Shown here piece after piece: positions 12,840-29,785 of a DNA stretch of 64,000 bases. This DNA comes from the human T2T-CHM13v2.0 reference genome, Homo sapiens. The position numbers and the translations under genes were made by a program. The stretch lies in NCBI RefSeq assembly GCF_009914755.1, contig NC_060947.1; one strand, 5' to 3'. The notes under the pieces were generated by a model. The model searched no databases. It saw nothing but the letters and a program-made list of their open reading frames with translations, and was not told where the DNA came from. Every line of letters begins with the position of its first letter. Positions within the stretch are counted from its first letter, which is position 1.

Positions 12840-14271
12840 TGTCTGGATCTTTTTTCTTCTCTAAACATACCACTTGTTTCCCAGTTCCAAACCTTTATGC
12901 CATTTTTTATACCTGACTTAAAAACTTTTCTGGGTGGCTTGCAAGATGGCTGAATAGGAACAGCTTCGGTCTGCAGCTCCCAGCAAGATCAATGCAGAAG
13001 GCAAGTGATTTCCACATTTCCAACTGAGGTACCTGGCTCATCTGATTGGGACTGGTTAAAAGTGGGTGCAGCCCATGGAGGACGAGCCAAAGCAGGGTGG
13101 GGCAGCGCCTCACCCAGGAAGCACAAGGGGTCAGGGGACTCCATCCTCTAGTCAAGGAAAGCTGTGAGGGACTGTGCCATGAGGAACAGTGCACTCCAGC
13201 CCAGATACTATGCTTTTCCCATGGTCTTTGCAAGCCACAGACCAGGAGATTCCCTCGGGTGGCTATGCCACCAGGGCCCTGGGTTTCAAGCACAAAACTG
13301 GGTGACCATTTAGGCAGACACCGAGCTAGCTGCAGGAGTATTTTTTCTTACTCCAGTGGCACCTGGAATGCCTGCAAGACAGAATTGTTCACTCCCTTTG
13401 AAAGGGGGCTGAAGCCAAGAAAACAAGTGGTCTAGCTCAGTGGATCCCACCCCCTAGAGCCCAGAAAGCTAAGATCCACTGGCTTGAAGTTCTTGCTGCC
13501 AGCACAGCAGTCTGAAGTCAACCTGGGATACTTGAGCTTGGAGGGGGAAGGGGCGTCTGCCATTACTGTGGCTTGAGTAGGTGGTTTACCTCTCACAGTC
13601 GAAACAAAGCCACCAGGAAGTTTGAACTAGGTGGAGGCCTCACAGCTCAGCAACGCTGCTGTAGCCAGACTGCCTCTCTAGGTTCCTCCTGTCTGGGCAG
13701 AGCATCTCTGAAAGAAAGGTAGCAGCCCCAGTCAGGGGCTTATAGATAAAACTCCCGTCTTTCTGGGACAGAGCACCTGGGGTAAGGGGCGGCTGTGGGC
13801 ACAATTTCAGCACACTTAAATGTTCCTGCCTGCTGACTCTGAAGAGAGCAGTGGATCTCACAGCACAGTGCTCAAGCTCTGCTAAGGGACAGACTGCCTC
13901 CTAAAGCGGGTCGCTGACCACTGTGCCTCCTGACTGGAAGAACACCTCCCAGCAGGGATCAACAGACATCTCATACAGGAGAGCTCTGGCTGGCATCTGG
14001 CAGGTTCCATTCTGGGATGAAGCTTCCAGAGGAAGGAACAGGCAGCAATCTTTGCTCTTCTGCAGCCTCCACTAGTGATACCCAGGGAAATAGGGTCTGG
14101 AGTGGACCTCCAGCAAACTCCAGCAGACCTGCAGCAGAGGGGCCTGACTGTTAGAAGGAAAACTAACAAACAGAAAGGAATAGCATCGACATCAACACAA
14201 AGGACTTCTACACAGAAACCACATCAGAAGGTCACCAACATCAAAGACTAAAGGTAGGTAAATCCATGAAG

Positions 14272-15292
14272 ATGAGGAAAAACCTGCACAAAAAGGCTGA
14301 AAATTCCAAAAACAGGAACACCTCTTCTCCTCCAAAGGATCACAACTCCTCTCCAGCAAGGGAACAAAACTGGACGGAGAATGAGTTCGACAAATTGACA
14401 GAAGTAGGTTTCAGAAGGTGTGTAATAAACTTCTCTGAGCTAAAGGAGCATGTTCTAACCCAATACAAAGAAGCAAAGAACCTTGGAAAAAGGTTAGAGG
14501 AATAGCTATCTAGAATAACCAGTATAGAGAAGAACATAAATGACCTGATGGAGCTGAAAAACACAGCATGAGAACTTCGTGAAGGATACACAAGTATCAA
14601 TAGCCAAATCAACCAAGCAGAAGAAACGATATGAGAGATTGAAGATCAACTCAATGAAATAAAGCATGAAGACAAGATTAGACAAAAAAGAATGAAAAGG
14701 AACGAACAAAGCCTCCAAGAAACATGGGACTGTGTGAAAAGACCAAACCTATGTTTGATTGGTGTACCTGAAAGTGACAGGGAGAATGGAACCAAGTTGG
14801 AAAACACTCTTTAGGATATTATCCAGGAGAATTCCCCAACCTAGCAAGACAGGCCAACATTCCAATTCAGGAAATACAGAGAACACCACAAAGATACTCC
14901 TCGAGAAAAGCAACTATAAGACACATAATCATCAGATTCACCAAGGTTGAAATGAAGGAAAAAATGTTAAGGGCAGCCAGAGAGAAAGGTCAGGTTACCC
15001 ACAAAGGGAAGCCCATCAGGCTAACAGTGGAACTCTCTGAAGAAAGCCTACAAGGCAGAAGAGAGTGGGGACCAATATTCAACATTCTTAAAGAAAGAGT
15101 TTTCAACCCAGAATTTCATTTCCAGCCAAACTAAGCTTAATAAGTGAAGGAGAAATAAAACCTTTTACAGACAAGCAAAGGCTGAGCGATTTTGTCACCA
15201 TCAGGCCTGCCTTGAAAGAGCTCCTGAAAGAAGCACTAAATATGAAAAGGAAAAACTGGTACCAGCCACTGCAAAAACATACCAAATTGTAA
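14272..15292 (+). pseudogene. L1 ORF1p remnant, disrupted
   Basis: MRKNLHKKAENSKN... and MKEKMLRAAREKGQVTHKGKPIRLT..., broken by stops and frameshifts. Confidence 0.93.
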
Positions 15293-15355
15293 AGACCATT
15301 GACACTATGAAGAAACTGCATCAACTAATGGGCAAAATAACCAGCTAGCATCATA

Positions 15356-19226
<3,871 letters not shown>

Positions 19227-20294
19227 ACAATGAGAACACATGGACACAGGGAGGGGAATATCACATACCAGGGCATGTTGGGGGGTTGGGGCTAGGGGAG
19301 GGATAGCATTAGGAGAAACACCTAATGTAGATGACGAGTTGGTGGGTGTAACAAATCCCCATGGCACATGTATACCTATGTAACAAACCTGCACATTCTG
19401 CACATGTATCTGGAAACTTAAAGTATAATAAAAAAAGAGAACAAAAAAATCTTTTCAATATTATTGTGCATTAATTTATTCATATGTGAATGTATTCACT
19501 TCCTAAATATTTATTATTCATGTAACATAGGTTGGAATTTATATAAAATCTTGTGAATATAGACTGTATCAACTCTCTAAATATCTTCTTTTACAGGATT
19601 GATGCAAATCTCATTTCCTTCAATAAATTACTGATTGACTTTATAAGAATTAATCTCTCTCTCACTAATATCCCCTCATGTTTGTATAAATTTTTATTTT
19701 GGTATATGGAATGGGCAAGGGGTGTTTCAACATTTATACTTCCTTTATCATCTATCAAAGTTATTTGTTCTGCTAGGTATTTAATAAGTATACTCATTAA
19801 ACAATATTAAGAAATCAAAGAAAAACCTTAGAACTGCACTAAAGTTGAGGGAATCTTATGTTTCATGTTGCAGCCTACATTTCCAGATAGCTCAGTACTC
19901 CTCAAAGGTATGTACTTTATAAAGTGTTTACCTTATTCAGACATTTTTATTACCCCTTAATGGTGGCCTTTTAATCTCAGGATATAAACATGGCTGCTTA
20001 TTAGTTGAAATAGTAACTTCCTTACCATAAGATATTATTTGGATTTAAATTAGATAGCTTATTATTGAGAACAAATGCAACTTTCACTAATATAATTATT
20101 TTTGAAATTTTTATGAATGAATAACTATATAACTGGTTATCAACCTTGACTTCAAATAAGAATCGTTTAGAACAGCTTTTATTTAAAAAATAAAATACCT
20201 AAGCCCTATCAAAAGTATAAACCCATCTTACTATTGTCAGAACATTTATTTGAGGCACAGTGAGCGAAATGTAATGGGTAAAAATAGAACATTT

Positions 20295-20848
20295 AATGAA
20301 TATTGTTTTTGCCTACCCCAAATTCCCTTTCCCCTTCATGTGGTGGTAGCATCTGTTTTTGTTTGTTTGTTTTTGTTTTTGTTTTTGAGGAACTGTCTTA
20401 ATACACATTGTTGTGATTGAGTTACTCCTCCTTTCTTTATTCCTGTAAGCCCTAGGCATGATCCAGGAACACTGCTGTGGCCAGACATAGCACTATATTT
20501 TTTCATTTACAGTGATTGGTTGAGAAATGTGCACAGAAACTAAGCATAATCAATCAGAGTCTCTTCTCTGAGACTTTTTTTTTTTTGTTATAGCACATTG
20601 AAATAATACAGTCTTTGGTTTCAGGGACTGATCGACTATAGTACAATCCAAATGTTGGGGGAAAGTCTAAAAAAAGAGTAGAAATTTAAAAATAGAGAAA
20701 AAATAGTAGAAAAAAATTCCAACGTATAGGGAGAATTTTCCTGAAAATAATATCAACACAGAGGAGAGGAAAACCAAGAAATAGACAAAAGGAGATTACT
20801 ATCAACTACATGCGATCTCTTGGGTCCAGTCATTCATGAAGGCAGGCA
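20295..20848 (+). mobile_element. Old MaLR LTR (MLT1K/L-like)
   Basis: CAGTGATTGGTTGAG...CAATCAGAGTCTC and GGTCCAGTCATTCATGAAG motifs; degenerate. Confidence 0.5.
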
Positions 20849-20849
20849 C

Positions 20850-21270
20850 AGTGTGTGCAAGATATCTTCAATTTTCCCCTTTAGATGCCTACCCATCCCT
20901 TTTTCACTTTATTTCATGCCTTAGTAGAATGACCCGTATGCACTACATTGAAGTGTTTCCTTGCTTTCTGACTTCCTTTGAGTTTGGCTATTAGGATCCA
21001 CAACAAGAAATTGAAAGGCAGGATGAAATTGAGGCCATTCCTCCCAATTCATTAACTGCTAGGTTGCTATCTGTACATTCACTTCATCCTTCTACAAAAG
21101 ACCACAATTTATGTCAAAAGATCCCCCCACACGTACCCACAATATCTCCCAGTAACTAGCCACTCCTAGTGGTAATAATTGCTTCCTGATGTTGTTATCT
21201 TGTATTACATTGTACTATATCCCTGCTCTTATTTCTGTAAATAGGTTCTTTATGAAGCTGCTCTAGAATT
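20850..21270. mobile_element. LTR33-like (ERVL) LTR
   Basis: CCTTGCTTTCTGACTTCCTTTGAGTTTGGCTATTAGG...AGAAATTGAAAGGCAGGA resembles the LTR33 consensus. Confidence 0.6.
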
Positions 21271-22379
21271 AAAAACAATACCAAAAAAAAAAAACCAGTA
21301 TTTTTTTGGAAAATACTTTAGAGCTTTAGTCCAATATAGTAATAGTAAGCCTTAATTGTAGTGACATTGCTACAGAAAGATATCCTATTAACTGCTAAGC
21401 CCTTTTTCTGATTATTTCTTGGGCTGTCTTATAGAAAGTAAGATAATGTATGTTAATAGTCAAAGAAAAAGGGATGACATTCACCAAGAAAAACAAATGA
21501 ATTATCAGTATTCATATGTATTACTCCAATGTTTTGTTCCATGTTTGAATAAGAAAGAACAAAACTGGCTAAATGTGGGTAGTCATTGATAGATACAATA
21601 AGAGTCCTACATTCCCAGTAATTCTTGGCATGATTTAAATCAGGGTCAATAGCGTGATATCTCTTACACTGACTTTCTTGACCCCAAAAAAATTGACTAG
21701 TAATTTGGGAAGGAGTCCTGCAAATAATGACCAATCCTCCAAGAAATGTATGTGTGATAGCAGAAGCACTTTTCCTTCAGTGTGACTAGGCTTGCCATTT
21801 AAATCAAATCTATTTTCATAAAATTGTGTAACTTCATATGTTTCGGCTAATATGGTAAGAATAAACTGCTATTTGCTTGTCAATGAGAAGAGAAAGAGGA
21901 TTTATTAACCAGCTACTTTGAAAATCTAAGACTAAGGAATTGACTGTGCTGTAGTTTAAACATTATCTCTCATATTTTATAAACCAATATAAAATTTTCT
22001 TTACTTGATTGCTTATGTATAGAAAGGGTTCTCAAAACTTCTTATTGTGTTGGTATCAAAATTAAGACAATTATGAGATTTTTTTGAGACATTAATTAGA
22101 AATATTTCTTTTAAAATTTTACATATGAATCCAAAGTTTTGGGAGGTGTTTAGATATCTGCATATAAAAATAACTATTTAGGGACTCACATTATTTATAT
22201 TTTTGTGTGTTGAAGTCACTGTCACTCCTCTTCTCCAAACTTTTGTATACATTTCAATTCCAAAACTCTGTTTATGATCAACATATTGTGCAAAGATTAA
22301 CAACTAATGGGTCAAATATCATTTGCACTTTTCTCGTTGCATTGAAAATAAAATGTCCATCCCACCTCCACCATTTATT

Positions 22380-22625
22380 TTCCCATGTCTGGACAATTTT
22401 AAAGCAAATTCAAGGCTATGATGGTACATATAATTTCAACCATAAATTTTCAGTATATTTCTAATATATAAAGATTTTTATGAACAAAGCCATATAATAT
22501 GCTCCACATTAATAATAATTTTTCAGACCTCAATAATGTTCAATTTCCTCTATTATTACAAATCATTTTATTGCTGTTGTTTTCTTCTAATCAGGATCTG
22601 AGTGAGTTCCACACATTGCAAACAA
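22380..22625 (-). mobile_element. Old L1M 3'UTR fragment
   Basis: TTTTAAAGCAAATTC... and AATCAGGATC...CACACATTGCA motifs. Confidence 0.45.
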
Positions 22626-23236
22626 ATTTGTTACTTGTCAAATTGTCTTAAAGAAAACCACAGTCTTTAAAGAATGCTATAAACAAAATGTTTGAGTTTT
22701 AGACTTCACAACATAATTTTTGGCTGCTCAAAGACTGATTTCATGTTGTTTTGTTTGTTGTGCTTATTTCTTGTTTTTGAATTTTCATTTTTTGTTCCAG
22801 TTAGGTAGTTTTGCCAAGTAGCTGTGTTCTAAATCACTGAACAATCACTTTAACTCAATAAAAAATATTCTACACATTTGAAGAGAAAAGTTTATTTGGG
22901 ATATATATATTTATACATCTGTGGGAGGGTTATGTGTAAAATTTTAGAAAATTTTAACTGTTTTCTCATTTCTCAACATGACTGAAAGTTCTGTTAAGTG
23001 AAAAAATTCAAATATTTTCAGAATAACTAAAATTACAGTAGCTCACAAACAGTATTTAATAAATAATTGTAGCGTAGGCTTCTGATGCATGAATTTTTAG
23101 TCTTCTATAAAAATCACAACAATCTTATGTATCTCAAAAGATTAAAATCAAGTTCTTTCAGCAAGATGGTATAAAACACACATTTGCATGGAAGAGGGAA
23201 TGGAAAAGTCTATCCTACAGAAAAAGGGTAGTACTT

Positions 23237-23594
23237 ATTACGGACACTATATTTGTGTCCCTTCAAATGTATATGTTGAACTTTTAATCCCCAATGTGAT
23301 GTTATTAGAAGGTAGAGCCTTTGGGAGGTAATTAGGTCATAATTGTGAAGCCTTAATAAATGAAATTAGTACCCTTATAAGAAGAAATATGAGAGATATG
23401 ATTTTCCTTTTGGCCATGTGAGGGTATAAGAAGACAGCCATCTGCAAATCAGGAAGAGTGCTATCACCAGATACCAGATATGCCAACATCATGATCTTGA
23501 ACTTCCTCATTTTCAGACTCACGAGAAATAAACGTCTGTTGTTTAAACTACCCATTCTACAGTATTCTGTTACAGCAATCTGAACTGACTGAGG
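23237..23594 (+). mobile_element. MLT1A-like solo LTR (MaLR)
   Basis: TTTGTGTCCC...ATATGTTGAA...CCCCAATGTGATG...CCATGTGAG...CTTGAACTTCC...GAGAAATAAA...GAACTGACTGAG. Confidence 0.85.
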
Positions 23595-24839
23595 TTGTAC
23601 TTATCCTAGACTTCTCTCTCTATGGATTCTTAGAGCCCATAAAATGACTCCACTCATTCATAAAACTGTAAACTATGATATGTTGTTGAACCTGAAGTCT
23701 AGATAAGTAAGGCCTGAGTAAATGAGAATGAATTGTGTAGAATAATATAGCTTGAGGACTTTACCTTGTGTTGCAATTTGAAAAAAAATTTTTTGCAGAT
23801 AATTATTGGCATGAAGCTGAATTTGAAAGCAGGCAACTAAAAGGAGGACTGCAATGTTGGAAAAAAACACACCTCAACTTGAGATATATGCTCTTTTTTA
23901 TGATAATGACTTTGACTTTGTGACTCTTTTCTACAGTAGAAACATTTCCTTAGAAGTAATTTAAATGAATACAGCATCCCAAGTAAAGGCTATATAGAAG
24001 AGAATGTATAAAGAGAAACAATGAAAGAAAAATCTTATAAAAAGCAAGTTTTTTCTAATAAACACTGACTACTTACTATGTCCACAGTCTCTGTTTAATA
24101 AAATAAGTGTTTGGAAACTTAAAAAATATATATTAGTATATGAAGATTATGTATGTAGACATTAATAATGCAACAGGTCTTCCAAATGCAGGAAAAGTAA
24201 TAAAACAATTTTTACGGGGAAGAAAAGACAATACATACTTTGCAAACTACTTATGCAAATCTGAATAATGCCTTGTACACACACAAACCTACAAAAATGA
24301 TAGATATTAATTCCACATGATGAGGAGATGAATATTGAATAGTTTAATGTACACTGTTGTTTGTTATAATAAATATGAGAGAAAATATATGATGAAATTT
24401 AGCTTTTCCACTACATACAAGATGAAGATACTCCAGAAAACATTGGTCACTATCATTTTAATGGTGATACAAATGTATTTTTCAACCAACTGCTTGTTTT
24501 TACCTCAATGTTTATCTTCAGGAAGAGCTACAGGTTTTATTTCTGACCTGCAGCACAATTATAATTGAAATCGGTCTCAAACTGCACTTTTGTCCAATTA
24601 TCTTATATTGTGTTTGTGTGTTGGTGAGTGTTGTGTATTTTTGTGTTTATTTCTAAACACTTCTACTTCATCTATATACGTTAGCAAACCGATTAGTAAA
24701 CTACATCTCCTTGGTACCCTAATGACACATTAGAAAATTCTCTGAAAAAAGTAAAGTATAAAAAAAAAGATAGTTCCTAGTTTTAACAAATTGGACTGTA
24801 ATATGTCTTACAATAATAAAAATATTTTAGAATCTATAT

Positions 24840-25040
24840 CTACTGAATACTTACTATATCCTAGAGACCAGCCTAATTATTCAAAGCCATCCCCAAAATA
24901 ATTACTCTGAAGTAGTAAATATTATCATGTTTTAGAATTGAAGAAACTTAGACTTAAAATGGTTAGTTTTCCTAAGTTTACAAGTTATTAACTGATGGAA
25001 CTGAGAATCAAACCGAGTAAAGCTGGTTTTGAGATATTTA
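24840..25040 (-). mobile_element. MIR fragment
   Basis: Core-like TTTAGAATTGAAGAAACTTAGAC...CCTAAGTTTACA. Confidence 0.5.
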
Positions 25041-26894
25041 GTCTCTCAAAAGTCTCCTTTTATATGACAGAAAGATATTTAAAGAAATTAATAAAAATCT
25101 AATAGTTGTTAAGAACCAGAAGGAATATCCTCAGCAAATCAAATTTTTGGGGTTCTTAAAAGTTACAAGGAAGATAGCACTAAATTGATTTAATCAACAA
25201 ATATTAGAGGTAATAGTGGTCATTTTCAAATAAACCCCAAAGAAGCTGCATGCTTAGTATAAACAAATAGAAGATTGACACATGGAAATGGAGTAATAAT
25301 CAAAATAATTAATTAAAAATCTGTTTAGAACAGCTGGCCCCACTGGGTTTATCTCCTCTCCCCGTGTGGCCAACAGCCATGGCTTTGGTATGCAAATAAG
25401 CAGCCAAAAAATGCTTCCTATAAAAACTGGATGATGCTTCTGGGAAAGGATTCTAGTGTGAATGTTTGGGCATGTAAAGAAAGAAGTTTGACAGTGAGGT
25501 AAACCCATAATTCCAGAACTCCACAAACATTACTAAGGGAAAACAAAGAGGTATTGTCTGCTCAGCTTAAGAGGAAAATATGTTGACTCTCCCCTACACT
25601 TTGATGCTTTGTGTGGTTCATTTTGGTTTGAAATAAGGTGCAGAGAGAGCAATTAAATAACCAGGTTTGCTCAATTGTAAATAGCCCAATTAATTTTTAT
25701 AATTATACTTTTATAATAATCATCAAAGGAATGAACTTGACTATTTCTTAGAGCCTCCCACAATTAGAATAGGTTAAATAATATGGATTAATGAGCACCA
25801 TTTTTTTTGCATTGCTGTGATTATGCCAATAGGTAAAATACAGATATGAGTCCCAAGAGCTTCTTAAACTCCCAAGTTCTCTTCAAGTTCTTTAACTTAC
25901 CACTCATATTCAGTTCTCTGTTCAAAGCCCACCTGAATGTTACCCATCCCTTACCACCCAATGTAAAACTAACAAGCTCAAATCTAGGCTATACCTGGAT
26001 TATGTATTAATAGTACATTCTTCATTTCCATGCAGTATATTTATTTATAATATTATTAGTATAAGGAGGGGGTCTCATTTTCAACAAAGAGAAATCACAT
26101 TCATACCGTCAATTTTTTATCAAGACCTTATTTAAATTCTATCTGTCATGGGTTCATTGCACTTAATATGATCAAAATCACAGAGATGTAGACTATTTGG
26201 AGCTTTTTTATAGTCATTTACTTGTATTATCCTCATATATTTCACATTTACTCCCTTGTTCATCTCATGTAGTACTGTGGCTTAAATTGTCATGTATATG
26301 GTAATGACTTCAGCTGTCCACCTAAATCTATTCTAGCTGTCCACCACAATCTATTATCTCCTTTCATAATAATAGAATTGCTGCTGGACATTTGACTGTC
26401 CAACTGTTCTTGCAGTAAAATTGTGCCACCATTTGCTGCATGAGGTCATATCACGTAAGTTACTCATCTTTGGCCATGAAGTTACCAGTGCTGAAGATGA
26501 TATAAGGAAGCTGAGTTCCTTAAAGACTTTGAAAAGAAGAGCTGACTGCCAAACATACCTATGCTAAAAATTCTCCATTATATCCCAATCTTGGGGTAAA
26601 AACCAAAGTCATTTTAATAATGTATACAGTAATACACGTTTACACATCAGCAGGACTCACTCTTTCGGTTTTCTTAGGTGCTGATTCAGATGGTACTTTC
26701 TGGTCCAGGCTTCTTCTGGCTATTATATTAAAATTATGCCCATTTTGTAATTCTTACACTTTGCCCCATCTTTATTATTTTTTCATACTTTTTCTTATGT
26801 GAAATTTTCAATATGTTACTTGTTTTTGTTTCTCCTAACTTGTAAGAATGCAAGTACTAAGCTGTCATATATATTTTAAAATATAGAAAATAAT

Positions 26895-27098
26895 TAAGCA
26901 TACGTTTTAATTCTGTGGGTTAAGAATTAAAGTGGGAATCAGCTGGGTAGTATTTGTTCCCATAATATTGGCTGGGGTTATTCATGAAGTGGTACTTGGT
27001 TAGGAACTCTGCCGTAGCTAAAAAGTTCAGGGTAGCCTTGAACTACAGAGTTTCTCTCATTATGCTTCTCATTATTCAGTAATCTATCCTGGGCATTC
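26895..27098 (-). mobile_element. MLT1-type LTR fragment, interrupted by an L1
   Basis: TTCTGTGGGTTAAGAATT...CAGCTGGGTAG motif. Confidence 0.5.
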
Positions 27099-28241
27099 CT
27101 TTTTTTCATTTTTATTTTAGATACATAGGGTATATTTTATTTGAGATACAGGGGGTATTTTATCACATGGGTATAATGCACTCAGGAGGTGAGCATAGTT
27201 CACAACAGATAGTTTTTTGAACCTTGCTTCCCTCCCTCCCTCACCTCTCTAGCAGTCTACACAGTGTCCATTGTTTCCATGTTTATGTTCATGGGTGTTC
27301 AATGTTTAGCTCCCATTATAAATGAGAAGACATGGTATTTGGTCTTCTGTTCCTGCATTAATTTGCTTAGGATTATGGCCTCTAGTTCCATCCACATTGC
27401 TGCAAAGGACATAATTTTATTATATATTATGGCTGCATAGTATTCCATGGGGTATATGTACTACATTTTCTTTATTCAATCTACCATTGATGGGCACATG
27501 GGTTGATTCCCTGTCTTCGCAATTGTGAATAGCACAGTGATGAACTTATGAGTGTATGTGCCTTTTTGGTAAAATCACTTATTTTTTGGGGGTGGGTATA
27601 TACCCAGTAAAGGGATTACTGGGTTGAATGATAGCTCTGTTTTAAGTTATTTGAGAAATCCCCAAACTACTTTCCACAGTGGCTGAACTAATATACATTC
27701 CCATAAGCAGTGCATATGTGTTCCTTTTTCTCTACAACCTTGCCAACATTTGTTAGTTTACTTTTAATAATAGCCATTTTGACTGGTGTGAGATAGTATC
27801 TCATTGTGGATTTGATTTGAGTTAATCTGATGATTAGTGATGTCGAGCAAATATTTTTCATGTTTGTTGGCTGCTTTTCTGTCTTTTGAGAAGTGTTTGC
27901 TCGTTTACTTTGACCATTTTTAATTGGGTTATTTGGTTTTTGCTTGTTGAATTAAGTTCCTTATAGATTCTGAATATCAGACCTTTGTCTTATACATAGT
28001 TTGCAAGTATTTTCTCCCATTTGGTAGATTGTCTGTTTGCTCTCTTGATAGTTTCTTTTGCTGTCCAGAAGCTTTTTTTAGTTTAATTAGGTCCAGTTTG
28101 TCTATATTTTTGGGTGGGGGTATAATTGCTGTTGGGGACTTAGCCAAAAATTATTTGCCAAGGCAGATGCTGAGAAGGGTATTTTTTACATGTCTTCTAA
28201 GATTTTTATACTCTGAAGTCTTACATTTAAATATTAGATTT

Positions 28242-28535
28242 TGCCGAGCATGGTGGCTCACACCTGTGATCCTAGCCCTTTGGGAAGTCGAGACAGGCAG
28301 ATCATTTGAACCCAGGAGTTTGAGACCAGCCTGGCAATATGGTGAAACTCCGTTTCTACAAAATAATACAAAAATGAGCCGGGCATGGTAATGTATACCT
28401 GTGGTCCCAGCAACTCTGGTGACTGAGGTAGGAGGATCACCTGAGTCCAGTTGGTTGAGGCTGTAGTAAGCCACGATTGTACCACTGCACACCAGTCTGG
28501 CAACAGAGTGACATCCTCTCTTAAAAAAAAAAAAA
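28242..28535 (+). mobile_element. AluJ inside the L1PA16
   Basis: Dimeric Alu with GGATCACCTGAGTCCAG and GGCTGTAGTAAGCCACGATTG; poly(A) tail. Confidence 0.93.
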
Positions 28536-29630
28536 TTAAATGTATCTTGAGTTAATTTTTGTACACAGTGAAATGCAATGGTCTAGTTTCATTCTTCCGC
28601 ATATGGCCAGCCAGTTATCCCAGCACCATTTATTGAATAGGAAATCCTTTCTCCATTGCTTGCTATTGATGGCCTTTTCAAAGATCATATGGTTGTAAGT
28701 GTGCAGCCTTATTTCTGAGTTTTCTATTCAGTTCCATTGGTTTATGTGTCTGTTTTTGTACCAGTAACATGCTGTTTGGTTATTATAGACTTACAGCATA
28801 GTTTGAATTCAGGTAGTGTGATTCCTTCAGCTTTAGTCTTTATGCTTAGGATTGGTTTGGATTTGGGGGACTTTTTTTGATTCCATATAAATTTTACAAT
28901 GGTTTTTTTGTTTGTTTTGTTTGTTTTTGCTAATTCTAGAAAAATGGTGTTAGTTGTTGGATAGGAGTAGTGTTAAATCTGTAAATTGTTTTGGGCAGAA
29001 TGGCCATTTTACTATTGATTCTTTTAACCTATGAGCATGGAATATTTTTCCAATTATTTATGTCATCTCTGATGTCTTTAAGCAGTGTTTTTAGTTCTCC
29101 TCGAAGAGCTCTTTCATCTCCGTATTTAGCTGTATTCTAAGGTATTTAATTTTCTTTGTGGATATGTAAATGGGATTTTTTTCTTGATTTGACTCCCGGC
29201 CTGGGCATTATTGTAGTATAGAAATGCTACTAATTTTTGTGCTTTCATTTTATATACTGAAATTTTGCTAAACTCATTTATCAGTTCTAGTAGTCATTTG
29301 ATAGTGTCTTTAGGGTTTTCTACATATAAAATGATATTGTCAGCAAAAGAGATACTTTGATTTTTCTTTTCCTATTTGGATGCCTTTTATTTCTTTATCT
29401 TTCCTGATCGACCTGGCTAGAACTTACAGTACTATGTTGAATAGTAGTGGTGAGAGTGGGCATCCCTGTCTTGTTACAGTTCTAAAAAGGAATAGTTCCA
29501 GCTTTTGCCCATTCAGTATGATATTGGCTGTAGGTTTGTCAAAGGTGGATTATTTTAAGGTATATTAGGTATATTCCTCCAATGCCTACAATGCTGAGGG
29601 TTTTATCATGAAACAAAGTTGGATTTTATC

Positions 29631-29785
29631 AGCCTGGCGTGGTGGCTCACGCCTGTAATCCCAACACTTTGGGAGGCCAAGGCGGGCGGATCAGGAGGTC
29701 AGGAGTTCAAGACCAGCCTGGCCAACATGGTGAAACTCCGTCTCTACTAAAAATACAAAAATTAGCTGGGCGCGGTGGCGCCTGC
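29631..29785 (+). mobile_element. 3'-truncated AluS (left monomer plus start of right monomer)
   Basis: GGTGGCTCACGCCTGTAATCCC...CTACTAAAAATACAAAAATTAGCTGGGCGCGG, then an abrupt return to L1; no poly(A). Confidence 0.9.

Noticed and set aside
19279-19302. G-quadruplex-like motif
   Set aside because: Standard G-rich tract of the L1PA 3'UTR.
21453-21734. 93-aa minus-strand ORF in apparently unique DNA
   Set aside because: Non-ATG start, no recognisable domain and no clear splice signals; consistent with chance.
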